A stretch of DNA of 64,000 nucleotides from positions 11,708 through 75,707 of the forward strand of contig JBJTUC010000037.1 in the NCBI GenBank assembly GCA_046080505.1, written 5' to 3'. Positions 37,435 to 46,665 of the stretch are shown here, in pieces. This DNA is from Planctomycetota bacterium (GTDB lineage: Bacteria; Planctomycetota; Phycisphaerae; Phycisphaerales; SM1A02). Every line of letters starts with the position of its first letter. Position 1 is the first letter of the stretch. The translations under genes and the position numbers were made by a program. Under the pieces are notes generated by a model. That model had not been told where the DNA came from, did not search any database, and worked only from the letters and a program-made list of their open reading frames with translations.

Positions 37435-38361
37435 CTACGCGGGGCTCGCCACTGACTCAAGCACCTCGCGCAGCAGCCGCTCCACGCGTGCACCCGCATC
37501 ACCGCTCCCACCCGAACGGAGAACAACGCGGTGCGCGCACACGGGCTCGATGCTGTCGACGATGTCCTCAGGCACCACGTAGTCGCGCCCCGCGAAACGC
37601 GCGGCCGCGCGCGAAGCCTGCGCGAGCGCAAGCGCCCCGCGTGGACTGACACCCAGCTGAAGCTGCGGATGCTGCCGCGTGGCGTGCGCCACCGAGATGA
37701 TGTAACTGACGAGCACGGGATCGATCCGCACGGCGTCGACTTCTGCCTGCAGCGCAAGGACCTGCTGCGCATCGAGGACAGGCTGCAGCCGCGCAAGCGC
37801 GCTCCGCGCGGGCTGCTGCAAAATGATCTGCGCCTCATCGTCCGCCGCCGGATAGCCAAGGCTGATCCGCATCAGGAATCGGTCGAGCTGATTCTCTGGA
37901 AGCAGAAATGTGCCGGTGAAGTCGCTTGGGTTCTGCGTCGCCACCACCAAGAACGGGCTCGGAAGGGTGTGCACCTGACCCTCCGCCGTCACGGTTCCCT
38001 CGCCCATCGCTTCGAGGAGCGCGCTCTGTGTGCGCGGCGTTGCTCGGTTGATCTCATCGGCAAGAACGATGTTCGCAAACACAGGTCCAGGACGAAAAGA
38101 CAGCGACCCAGATGAACGGTCCAAGACGGCAACGCCTGTGATGTCGGTGGGCAGCAGATCGGGCGTGCACTGAATCCGCGAGAACGAACAGCGCAGGCTG
38201 CGCGCGATGGCCTGTGCGAGGATCGTCTTGCCGACACCTGGCACATCCTCGATCAGCAGATGACCGCGCGCAAGCAGACAGCACACGATGCGATCAACCG
38301 CCAGCGGGTTCCCGAAGAACACCGACGCGATCCCCTGCCGCAGCGCTGCGATGGAGTCCAT
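37435..38361 (-). CDS. moxR: MoxR-family AAA+ ATPase
   Basis: Contains GHLLIEDVPGVGKTILAQAIA, LADEINRATPRTQSALLEAM and ATQNP blocks. The start is placed at MDSIAALRQGI. Confidence 0.9.
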   Translation of the reverse strand: MDSIAALRQGIASVFFGNPLAVDRIVCCLLARGHLLIEDVPGVGKTILAQAIARSLRCSFSRIQCTPDLLPTDITGVAVLDRSSGSLSFRPGPVFANIVLADEINRATPRTQSALLEAMGEGTVTAEGQVHTLPSPFLVVATQNPSDFTGTFLLPENQLDRFLMRISLGYPAADDEAQIILQQPARSALARLQPVLDAQQVLALQAEVDAVRIDPVLVSYIISVAHATRQHPQLQLGVSPRGALALAQASRAAARFAGRDYVVPEDIVDSIEPVCAHRVVLRSGGSGDAGARVERLLREVLESVASPA

Positions 38362-38383
38362 CCTGCGAGGATACGCTTGCCAC

Positions 38384-39295
38384 ATGCGTCCGAAGGCAGT
38401 CACCCACGATCTGCGCTGCGTAGGCTGCGGACAGGTCCTTCGCGGGCTCCTTCCGAGTGGCATTTGCCCCGAGTGTTCGACGCCCGTCATGGTGTCGCTC
38501 GTCGAGACGCTCGACCTTCCGTCGCAGTCGCTCGCACGCCCACTGCACGCTCACCGCGTGGCGGCAGCGCTGCTCGGCGTCGGCATCGGCATCCTGCTGT
38601 GGCTCGTTGCGGTCACTTCACCGATGATCGCGCGCGGATTCGCCGAACTCGGGCGTGAACCGCTGCCTCCCGACGGTGGCCCGGTGGACCGCATTGCGGT
38701 CGTGCTCTCGTGCCTTGGGGCAGTGATCTTCACCGTTTCTGCCGTCCTCCTCGCGCGCCGCGACGACGAGGTGCTCATGATGGAGACGGGCGCCGCACGA
38801 CAGCGACTTCTCTGGGGCGTCTCGATTTGGTGCGCTGCCGCATTCGCAGCTTGCACGGGCGTGTTCCTCGATCTGCAATCCATCACGCATGTCTCGAACG
38901 CAGGACTCTGGTTCATGTGCCTGACGGTGCAATTGGTGGCGGCCACGATCGCGGCGTCGGGGCTCAACCGCTTCGCCGCAACGCTCGGACGGCGATGCCG
39001 CCGACTTCGCCACGCAGGTCACGCGCGTCAGTCGCTCGAGACGATGACGGTCACGGGTGCGATCACGCTCGTTGCGTCCTTTGGCGCAACCGTGCTGCCA
39101 TCGCTCGCTTCACCTGACCTCGCCGTCGCACTGCGTGCGCTTTCATTCGTCACGGGCGGACTGCTGATGCTCGGCGGCATCTATCTCGTGCTCAACTTCT
39201 GGTGGATCCGGCAGATTCTCAACGCACCTCCACCGCAACTCACGGATGTCATCCGCGTGGTGGAGCCGACGGCGCGAGGCGAGTCGCCGAACTGA
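38384..39295 (+). CDS. Polytopic membrane protein with N-terminal CxxC-N12-CxxC zinc ribbon
   Basis: Contains RCVGCGQVLRGLLPSGICPECSTP, followed by about 6 TM helices. I recognised no family. Confidence 0.55.
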   Translation: MRPKAVTHDLRCVGCGQVLRGLLPSGICPECSTPVMVSLVETLDLPSQSLARPLHAHRVAAALLGVGIGILLWLVAVTSPMIARGFAELGREPLPPDGGPVDRIAVVLSCLGAVIFTVSAVLLARRDDEVLMMETGAARQRLLWGVSIWCAAAFAACTGVFLDLQSITHVSNAGLWFMCLTVQLVAATIAASGLNRFAATLGRRCRRLRHAGHARQSLETMTVTGAITLVASFGATVLPSLASPDLAVALRALSFVTGGLLMLGGIYLVLNFWWIRQILNAPPPQLTDVIRVVEPTARGESPN

Positions 39296-39328
39296 AACGC
39301 GCGAACGCGTCGCGTGCGCACGATCCGT

Positions 39329-40267
39329 TCACTTCGGCCGATTCGTGTTGCCGAGTGCGATCACGGTTGCCGTCTCGCCCGTCCCTGAAAACACGGCGAG
39401 AAAGGGCGCAGGATCCGCAGGCAGCGTGTTGAACCCGATCTTCTGCTGCATCGACAAATTGCAGGTGACGATCGTGAGCTCGCCGCAGCGCGTTGTGCGC
39501 ACATCGTTCAAAGTCGCCGGCTCGGTGGTGGCGTGGCTCGCCCCCTGCATGAGATCCGCGCGCGTCTTCTGCCCCTTGAAGTTCACCACCTGCAGCCCCG
39601 TCGCGAGCATCTTCTCGAACGGCTTCAGATCCTTCGCACGCTGCGCATCAAGAAAGCGCGTCAGCATCGCCGAGCCCTCGGCAGCAAGCGCCGTCTCGCC
39701 CTCGAATGTCGGCGCTGCGGGCGCCGGACGCGGTGAGGGCTGCTGCAACGATGCCCACGCAGCGATCTTCCATCCGCCGTCGAAGGGAACCCACACGCCG
39801 ATGCGCGGCGCCTCGCCGCTCAGATCAGCGCCGCCCACCTTCTGCTGTGCGCGGACGAGGCATGTGGTGACCAGCGCATCACCGACGCGCGTGGCGACCA
39901 CATTGGATACTTGAACGCCATGCGTGGCACTGTCCTTGACGCGGGCGACCGAGAGAGCGCGGTCCGTCACGCCGTCAAACGCCATGACTTGCGCGCAAGG
40001 CAACAGCTGCGCTTCGATGGCCGCACTGTCGCCGCGTGAAAGTGCATCGAACCAACTTCCGATCACTTTGGTTGCGAGTGCCTTCAGCCCGGCATCGTCA
40101 GTTGGCCACGCTGGGGCAGGTGCCACAATCGGCGGCGTTGCTGCGGGCGCAGCGCCCTGCGGCAGTACTGCCGAACCTGGCTCAGCGGCAGATGCCACTG
40201 CACCGAGAAGTGCGGTGAAAGAGATGACCAAGATCTTCGGCCAGGTTTGCAGAGTGAGTTGATTCAT
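39329..40267 (-). CDS. Secreted protein with two tandem NTF2-like (DUF4440/SnoaL-like) repeats
   Basis: Signal peptide present. Two similar halves (GSWFDALSRGDSAAIEAQLL...; LTRFLDAQRAKDLKPFEKMLA...) are separated by a Pro-rich linker. Confidence 0.5.
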   Translation of the reverse strand: MNQLTLQTWPKILVISFTALLGAVASAAEPGSAVLPQGAAPAATPPIVAPAPAWPTDDAGLKALATKVIGSWFDALSRGDSAAIEAQLLPCAQVMAFDGVTDRALSVARVKDSATHGVQVSNVVATRVGDALVTTCLVRAQQKVGGADLSGEAPRIGVWVPFDGGWKIAAWASLQQPSPRPAPAAPTFEGETALAAEGSAMLTRFLDAQRAKDLKPFEKMLATGLQVVNFKGQKTRADLMQGASHATTEPATLNDVRTTRCGELTIVTCNLSMQQKIGFNTLPADPAPFLAVFSGTGETATVIALGNTNRPK

Positions 40268-40325
40268 GCCCGTTGAGGCTAGTGCAAAGGGCGTCCTCGG
40301 TCCGAATACCCAACTTTTTGGCCTG

Positions 40326-40341
40326 TGGCACGATTTTTGCT
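40326..40341 (+). promoter_or_regulatory. Candidate sigma-54 (RpoN) -24/-12 promoter upstream of groEL1
   Basis: TGGCACGatttTTGCTa has GG at 40327-28 and GC at 40339-40, giving exactly GG-N10-GC. It matches the TGGCACG-N4-TTGCW core. Confidence 0.5.
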
Positions 40342-40360
40342 AACCGCCAAGGTCCGCGGC

Positions 40361-40383
40361 ACATTGCGCTGCGCGAGCAATGT
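40361..40383 (+). promoter_or_regulatory. Inverted repeat ACATTGC-N9-GCAATGT in the groEL1 leader (candidate operator)
   Basis: Perfect 7-bp arms with a 9-nt spacer, located just downstream of the predicted sigma-54 transcription start. Confidence 0.4.
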
Positions 40384-40389
40384 CTCTTC

Positions 40390-40415
40390 CTTGAAGAACC
40401 GTCTTGAAGAACCGT
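40390..40415 (+). repeat. Exact 13-bp tandem duplication CTTGAAGAACCGT x2 in the groEL1 leader
   Basis: Read directly: copies at 40390-40402 and 40403-40415. It overlaps the palindromes GTCTTGA(40401-07)/TCAAGAC(40424-30) and GAACCGTTC(40409-17). Confidence 0.8.
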
Positions 40416-40466
40416 TCAAAACCTCAAGACATCTGAACCACCACCCCCAAGAAACTGGAGAACACC

Positions 40467-42179
<1,713 letters not shown>

Positions 42180-42265
42180 TTCCTCCCCCCGTGCGCTGAT
42201 CCAACAAGATTTTTCCTGTCAATCACAACTGTACGAACCATCAACAACTTTTACGGAGAACACAC

Positions 42266-42559
42266 ATGAGCACCGTTCGACCACTCGAAGACCGCATCGT
42301 CGTCAAGCCTCTCGATCCAGAGACCAAGACCGCATCGGGAATCTTCCTGCCCGAGACTTCGAAGGAAAAACCGATGCAGGGCAAAGTCATTTCCGTCGGT
42401 CCAGGCAAGCTGCTTGAGAACGGCACCCGTCTGAAGCCCACTGTCACCAAAGGCGACACGGTCGTTTTCGGCAAGTACTCGGGCACCGAGATCGAGATCA
42501 AGAGCGTGACGCACCTCATCATCCGCGAGAGCGAACTGCTCGGCGTGATCGAAGGCTGA
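42266..42559 (+). CDS. groES: Co-chaperonin GroES
   Basis: RPLEDRIVVKPLD...ASGIFLPETSKEKPMQGKVISVGPG...GDTVVFGKYSGTEI is the canonical GroES sequence. Confidence 0.97.
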   Translation: MSTVRPLEDRIVVKPLDPETKTASGIFLPETSKEKPMQGKVISVGPGKLLENGTRLKPTVTKGDTVVFGKYSGTEIEIKSVTHLIIRESELLGVIEG

Positions 42560-42597
42560 TCGGAACGACACACAAACCCCAGAGAAGGCATACACAC

Positions 42598-44211
42598 ATG
42601 TCCAGCAAGCAAATGAAGTTTTCGACCGCAGCGCACACTGAACTCAAGCGCGGTGTCGATCAGATCGCGAAGGCGGTCGCCGTCACGATGGGCCCAGCAG
42701 GGCGCAATGTGATCGTGCAAAAGTCCTTCGGCAGCCCATCCGTCACAAAGGACGGCGTGAGCGTGGCGAAGGAAGTGGAGCTCTCGGAGCCGTTCCAGAG
42801 CATGGGCGCCAAGCTCGTGGCGCAGGTAGCGAAGAAGACCGCGGACATTGCGGGCGATGGCACGACAGCCGCCACGGTTCTCGCGTCGGCGATCTTCAAT
42901 GGTGGGCTCAAGTTCGTGGCGACGGGCGCGAACGCTGTCGCGATTCAGCGCGGCGTGAACGATGCCGCACGCATCGCGGGCGAGAGCATCACCTCCTCCG
43001 CGACGAAGTGCAAGGGCCGCGATGATCTCACGAAGATCGCTACAGTCAGTGCGAATCACGATGGCGAGATCGGATCACTCATCGCCGAGGCGATCGACAA
43101 GGTCGGCGCCACCGGCGTCGTCGAGATTGAAGAGGGCAAGACTGCCGACACGACGCTCGACTATGTCGAGGGCATGTGCTTCGACAAGGGCTACCTGTCG
43201 CCGTACTTCATGACGGATCCGAAGAAGGCTGAGTGCGTGCTTGAGAACGCGCTCGTCCTCGTGTACGAGAAGAAGATCTCCAACCTCGTCGATTTCCTCC
43301 CGCTGCTGAACAAGGTCGCGTCGGCCAGCAAGCCGCTGCTCGTCATCGCAGAGGAAGTGGAGAACGAGGCGCTCGCCGCGCTGGTGGTCAACCGCCTCCG
43401 TGGCGTACTCCAGATCTGCGCGGTCAAGGCGCCTGGATTCGGTGATCGCCGCAAGGCCATGCTTGGCGACATCGCCACGCTGACGGGCGGCACCTTCTTC
43501 GCCGAGGATCTCGGTCGCACGCTCAACGATGTTGAGCTGAACGAGCTCGGCACTGCCCGGCGTGTCGTCGTCACAAAGGACGAGTGCACGATCATCGAGG
43601 GCGCGGGCAAGAAGAACGCGATTCAGGAGCGCATTGCACAGATCCGCACGCAGCACGACAAGTCCACTTCGGACTATGACCGTGAGAAGCTGAACGAGCG
43701 CCTCGCGAAGCTGACGGGCGGCGTGGCGATTATCCATGTCGGCGCCGCGACGGAAGTTTCCATGAAGGAGAAGAAGGACCGTGTGGATGACGCGCTGCAC
43801 GCCACCCGCGCTGCTGCGAAGGAGGGCTATGTCGCCGGTGGTGGCGTGGCGTTCCTGCGCGCTGTCGAGGCGGTGAAGAACGCGCGCCGCAAGGCGGAAG
43901 GCGATGAGGTCTTTGGCTACGACATCGTGGTCGAGGCGCTTCGCCAACCAACGTGGCAGATCGCCACGAACTTCGGAACCGACGGCGACGTCGTGGTGGA
44001 CCGCGTGCTCGAAGGCAAGGGCGCGTTCGGCTTCAACGCATCGACGGGTGAGTACGAGGATCTCATCAAGGCGGGCATCATCGATCCCGCGTTGGTGGCC
44101 AAGACCGCCATCGAGAACGCCGCCAGCGTCGCAGGGCTCATGCTCACAACCGATGTTCTGGTGACAGAGCTGAAGGAAGAAACCACGCCCACGGAGGGAG
44201 CGGTCTCCTGA
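42598..44211 (+). CDS. groEL: Chaperonin GroEL, copy 2 (no GGM tail)
   Basis: Full-length GroEL blocks are present. The C-terminus is ...ELKEETTPTEGAVS. Confidence 0.97.
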   Translation: MSSKQMKFSTAAHTELKRGVDQIAKAVAVTMGPAGRNVIVQKSFGSPSVTKDGVSVAKEVELSEPFQSMGAKLVAQVAKKTADIAGDGTTAATVLASAIFNGGLKFVATGANAVAIQRGVNDAARIAGESITSSATKCKGRDDLTKIATVSANHDGEIGSLIAEAIDKVGATGVVEIEEGKTADTTLDYVEGMCFDKGYLSPYFMTDPKKAECVLENALVLVYEKKISNLVDFLPLLNKVASASKPLLVIAEEVENEALAALVVNRLRGVLQICAVKAPGFGDRRKAMLGDIATLTGGTFFAEDLGRTLNDVELNELGTARRVVVTKDECTIIEGAGKKNAIQERIAQIRTQHDKSTSDYDREKLNERLAKLTGGVAIIHVGAATEVSMKEKKDRVDDALHATRAAAKEGYVAGGGVAFLRAVEAVKNARRKAEGDEVFGYDIVVEALRQPTWQIATNFGTDGDVVVDRVLEGKGAFGFNASTGEYEDLIKAGIIDPALVAKTAIENAASVAGLMLTTDVLVTELKEETTPTEGAVS

Positions 44212-44226
44212 ATCCAATGACTCGTC

Positions 44227-44270
44227 GACGGAGGATCGTGCGGCGTTCGGCCTCGCGGTCCTCCGTCTTT
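44227..44270 (+). terminator. Candidate intrinsic terminator or attenuator between groEL2 and dnaJ
   Basis: GACGGAGGA(44227-35)...TCCTCCGTC(44259-67) forms a 9-bp stem. It extends inward with further G-C/G-U pairs to a 5-nt loop and is followed by TTTCATT. Confidence 0.5.
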
Positions 44271-44303
44271 CATTGGCTGTCTTCTGCGCAGCGTTGATGA
44301 ATC

Positions 44304-45464
44304 ATGCCTGCTGAGCGCGACTATTACGAGGTGCTTTCCGTCGAGCGCACCGCCTCGGGCGACGAGATCAAGCGCGCGTATCGCCGCATGGCTATGAAGT
44401 GGCATCCCGATCGCAACCCTGGCGATGCCAAGGCGGAGGTCGAGTTCAAGGTCTGCGCGGAGGCGTACGAGGTTCTCTCCGATCCGCAGCGGCGAACGCT
44501 GTACGACCAGTACGGACACGCGGGACTCCGCCAAGCGCCGGGGCATGACTTCTCGCGGATGCGGCCCGACGACATCTTCTCGATCTTCAACGACATCTTC
44601 GGCGGCGGCGGTGGCGGCGGCGGACGACAGCGGCGCGGTCCTGTGCGCGGCTACGACCTTGAGACAAGCGTCGAGATCACGCTCGACGATGTGCTGCGCG
44701 GCAAGGAGATTGAGGTGAACTTCACGCGACGCGATGTGTGCGGCGCATGTGAGGGAAGCGGCGCCAAGAAGGGCACGAAGCCGATCCAGTGCCCGACTTG
44801 TGGCGGGAACGGTCAAGTGGCGCAGGCGGGCCTCGGCGGCATGTTCCGCATGGTGACGACCTGCCCGAACTGCCGCGGACGCGGGTCCGTCATCAGCGAA
44901 GCGTGCCCGGAATGCCGTGCAACGGGGCGCGTCCCACGTAAGCGAAATCTCTCGGTGCGCATTCCCAAGGGGATTTCAGAAGGCCAAGTGATCCGAGTTG
45001 CAGGCGAGGGTGAACCGCCGCCACAGGAAGCGGATGCCGGGGGCAAGGGCCCGCGCGGCGATCTTCATGTGGTGATCACCGTGACCGATCACGAGTCGTT
45101 TGAACGCGTCGAGGATGATCTCGTCTGCACGCGCGACATCAGCTTCTCGCTCGCGGCGCTTGGTGGGCGAGTGCGCGTGGAGACACTCGAAGGGCCGCAG
45201 GAAGTGGACATTCCCAACGGATCGCAGGATGGCGACATCGTCACGCTTGAGAACGCCGGACTCCCCCACCTTCGCAAGCCTGAACAGCGTGGTGATCTGC
45301 GGATCGGGTTGCGAATCGTTGTCCCGCGTAGGCTTTCCGCGGACCAGCGTCGCCTGCTTGAAGAGTTGGCCACGCTCGATGGCACAGATGGAGAAGAAAT
45401 CCGACCGCGTGAGAAGAGTTTCTTCAAAAAGATCAAGGACTCGATTGCTGGAAGCGAGAGCTGA
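44304..45464 (+). CDS. dnaJ: Molecular chaperone DnaJ (type I)
   Basis: J domain DYYEVLSV...[17 protein letters not shown], a G-rich linker, and four CxxCxGxG zinc-finger repeats. Confidence 0.95.
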   Translation: MPAERDYYEVLSVERTASGDEIKRAYRRMAMKWHPDRNPGDAKAEVEFKVCAEAYEVLSDPQRRTLYDQYGHAGLRQAPGHDFSRMRPDDIFSIFNDIFGGGGGGGGRQRRGPVRGYDLETSVEITLDDVLRGKEIEVNFTRRDVCGACEGSGAKKGTKPIQCPTCGGNGQVAQAGLGGMFRMVTTCPNCRGRGSVISEACPECRATGRVPRKRNLSVRIPKGISEGQVIRVAGEGEPPPQEADAGGKGPRGDLHVVITVTDHESFERVEDDLVCTRDISFSLAALGGRVRVETLEGPQEVDIPNGSQDGDIVTLENAGLPHLRKPEQRGDLRIGLRIVVPRRLSADQRRLLEELATLDGTDGEEIRPREKSFFKKIKDSIAGSES

Positions 45465-45532
45465 TGCGCCGCAGAATGTTTGAGACGCTCGCGTAGGTTC
45501 AACAGTCGAAAACGAAGGAAAGAGACACGAAG

Positions 45533-46096
45533 ATGGAAGTGAAGCCAAAGCGCAATCAGGAAGATGCTCCAAACGACCAAGAGGACGCGGCCTCGGATGC
45601 GTCAAACGCCGCGGTGGCCGCAAATGGGAACGAGAGTGATCCTCTTGCGGAACTGCAGCGACAGGTCGAGGAGCGTCAGCAGGCGTATGTGCGGGTACTG
45701 GCGGACTTCCAGAACTTCCAGCGGCGCGCGCGGGAAAATGAGTCGCGTGCGCGGGAGATCGGCATCTCGTTCGTTGCGCGAGCGATCGTTCCTGTGCTGG
45801 AGAACATGGATCTTGCACTCGGACACAATCTGCGATCGTTGCCCGCGGACAAGCTCGCCGATGGTGTGACGCTGCTGCGGACTGAACTGCTGAAGGCGCT
45901 CGCGCAGTGCGGCGTGGACCGTATCGATCCGGCGGCCGGCGATGAGTTCAATCCGATGCTTCACGAAGCAGTCTTGGAGCAGCCCACGGGCGCGGTTCCG
46001 CCAGGACGCATTGCGCAGTGCATGCAGGCCGGGTACCGCCTCGGCGATGTGCCACTGCGGCCCGCGAAGGTCGCGGTCGCGCGCGCCGCCACCTGA
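45533..46096 (+). CDS. grpE: Nucleotide exchange factor GrpE
   Basis: Contains YVRVLADFQNFQRRARE... and FNPMLHEAV...GYRLGDVPLRPAKV. Confidence 0.93.
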   Translation: MEVKPKRNQEDAPNDQEDAASDASNAAVAANGNESDPLAELQRQVEERQQAYVRVLADFQNFQRRARENESRAREIGISFVARAIVPVLENMDLALGHNLRSLPADKLADGVTLLRTELLKALAQCGVDRIDPAAGDEFNPMLHEAVLEQPTGAVPPGRIAQCMQAGYRLGDVPLRPAKVAVARAAT

Positions 46097-46098
46097 CC

Positions 46099-46665
46099 AT
46101 GCCGACATATGAGTATGTCTGCCGCGGCTGCGGCTTCGAGTTCGAGCGGTTTCAGTCGATCACCGCCTCGGCCGTGCGAACCTGCCCGCGCTGCGGCGCG
46201 CGAAAGGTGGAACGCCGCATAGGCATCGGTGGCGCAGTGATCTTCAAGGGCGGCGGCTTCTACGAAACTGACTACCGCAGCGAGTCCTATCGCAAGGGCG
46301 AGGAGTCGGAACGCGGCGCGAAGGATGCCGCAGGCAAGAGCGAGTCATCGAAGACGGATGCGGCAACGCCACCGACACCGAAGAGCGGTGCAGCGACCAC
46401 AGCCGAGGCTGGAGCGGGCTCCAATGTGCAGGGCGCTGCGGGTGCCGGCGCTTCGGGAGCGGGTGCGACAGATGCCAAAGGCACCAAGGCTGCGAAGGAA
46501 GCGGCAAGAACGAAGGCGACACCGTCAAGCGCACAGCGCGGCAAGAGCCACGCGCGCGAGGGTCGCGGCATCGGTAATGTCCTGCAGCTCGGGCGCGAAG
46601 GCCCGCGGCGCGAGGGGCGTTCGCCGAAAGCGTCCAAAGGGACAAGGAAAAGAGGAAAGAAATGA
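46099..46665 (+). CDS. FmdB-family zinc-ribbon protein with long low-complexity C-terminal tail
   Basis: Contains MPTYEYVCRGCGFEFERFQS...CPRCGA and GGGFYETDYRS. Confidence 0.85.
   Translation: MPTYEYVCRGCGFEFERFQSITASAVRTCPRCGARKVERRIGIGGAVIFKGGGFYETDYRSESYRKGEESERGAKDAAGKSESSKTDAATPPTPKSGAATTAEAGAGSNVQGAAGAGASGAGATDAKGTKAAKEAARTKATPSSAQRGKSHAREGRGIGNVLQLGREGPRREGRSPKASKGTRKRGKK

Noticed and set aside
39296-39328. CG-rich near-palindrome (contains ACGCGT) in the convergent spacer as a terminator
   Set aside because: Only short imperfect pairing could be drawn by hand and there is no U-tract, which is too weak to call.
40390-40408. CTTGAA hexamers in the groEL1 leader as sigma-32 -35 elements
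   Set aside because: No CCCCAT-like -10 element lies at 13-17 bp. The nearest C-run (40444-49) is about 35 bp away.
40268-40466. CIRCE (TTAGCACTC-N9-GAGTGCTAA) operator upstream of the chaperonin genes
   Set aside because: I looked for it upstream of groEL1, groES, groEL2, dnaJ and grpE. I found only a TTGCTAA fragment, which is part of the sigma-54-like site, and no inverted partner.
44274-44288. Sigma-54-like TTGGCTGTCTTCTGC upstream of dnaJ
   Set aside because: The GG to GC spacing is N9, not the invariant N10, and the -24 element is TGGCT rather than TGGCAC.
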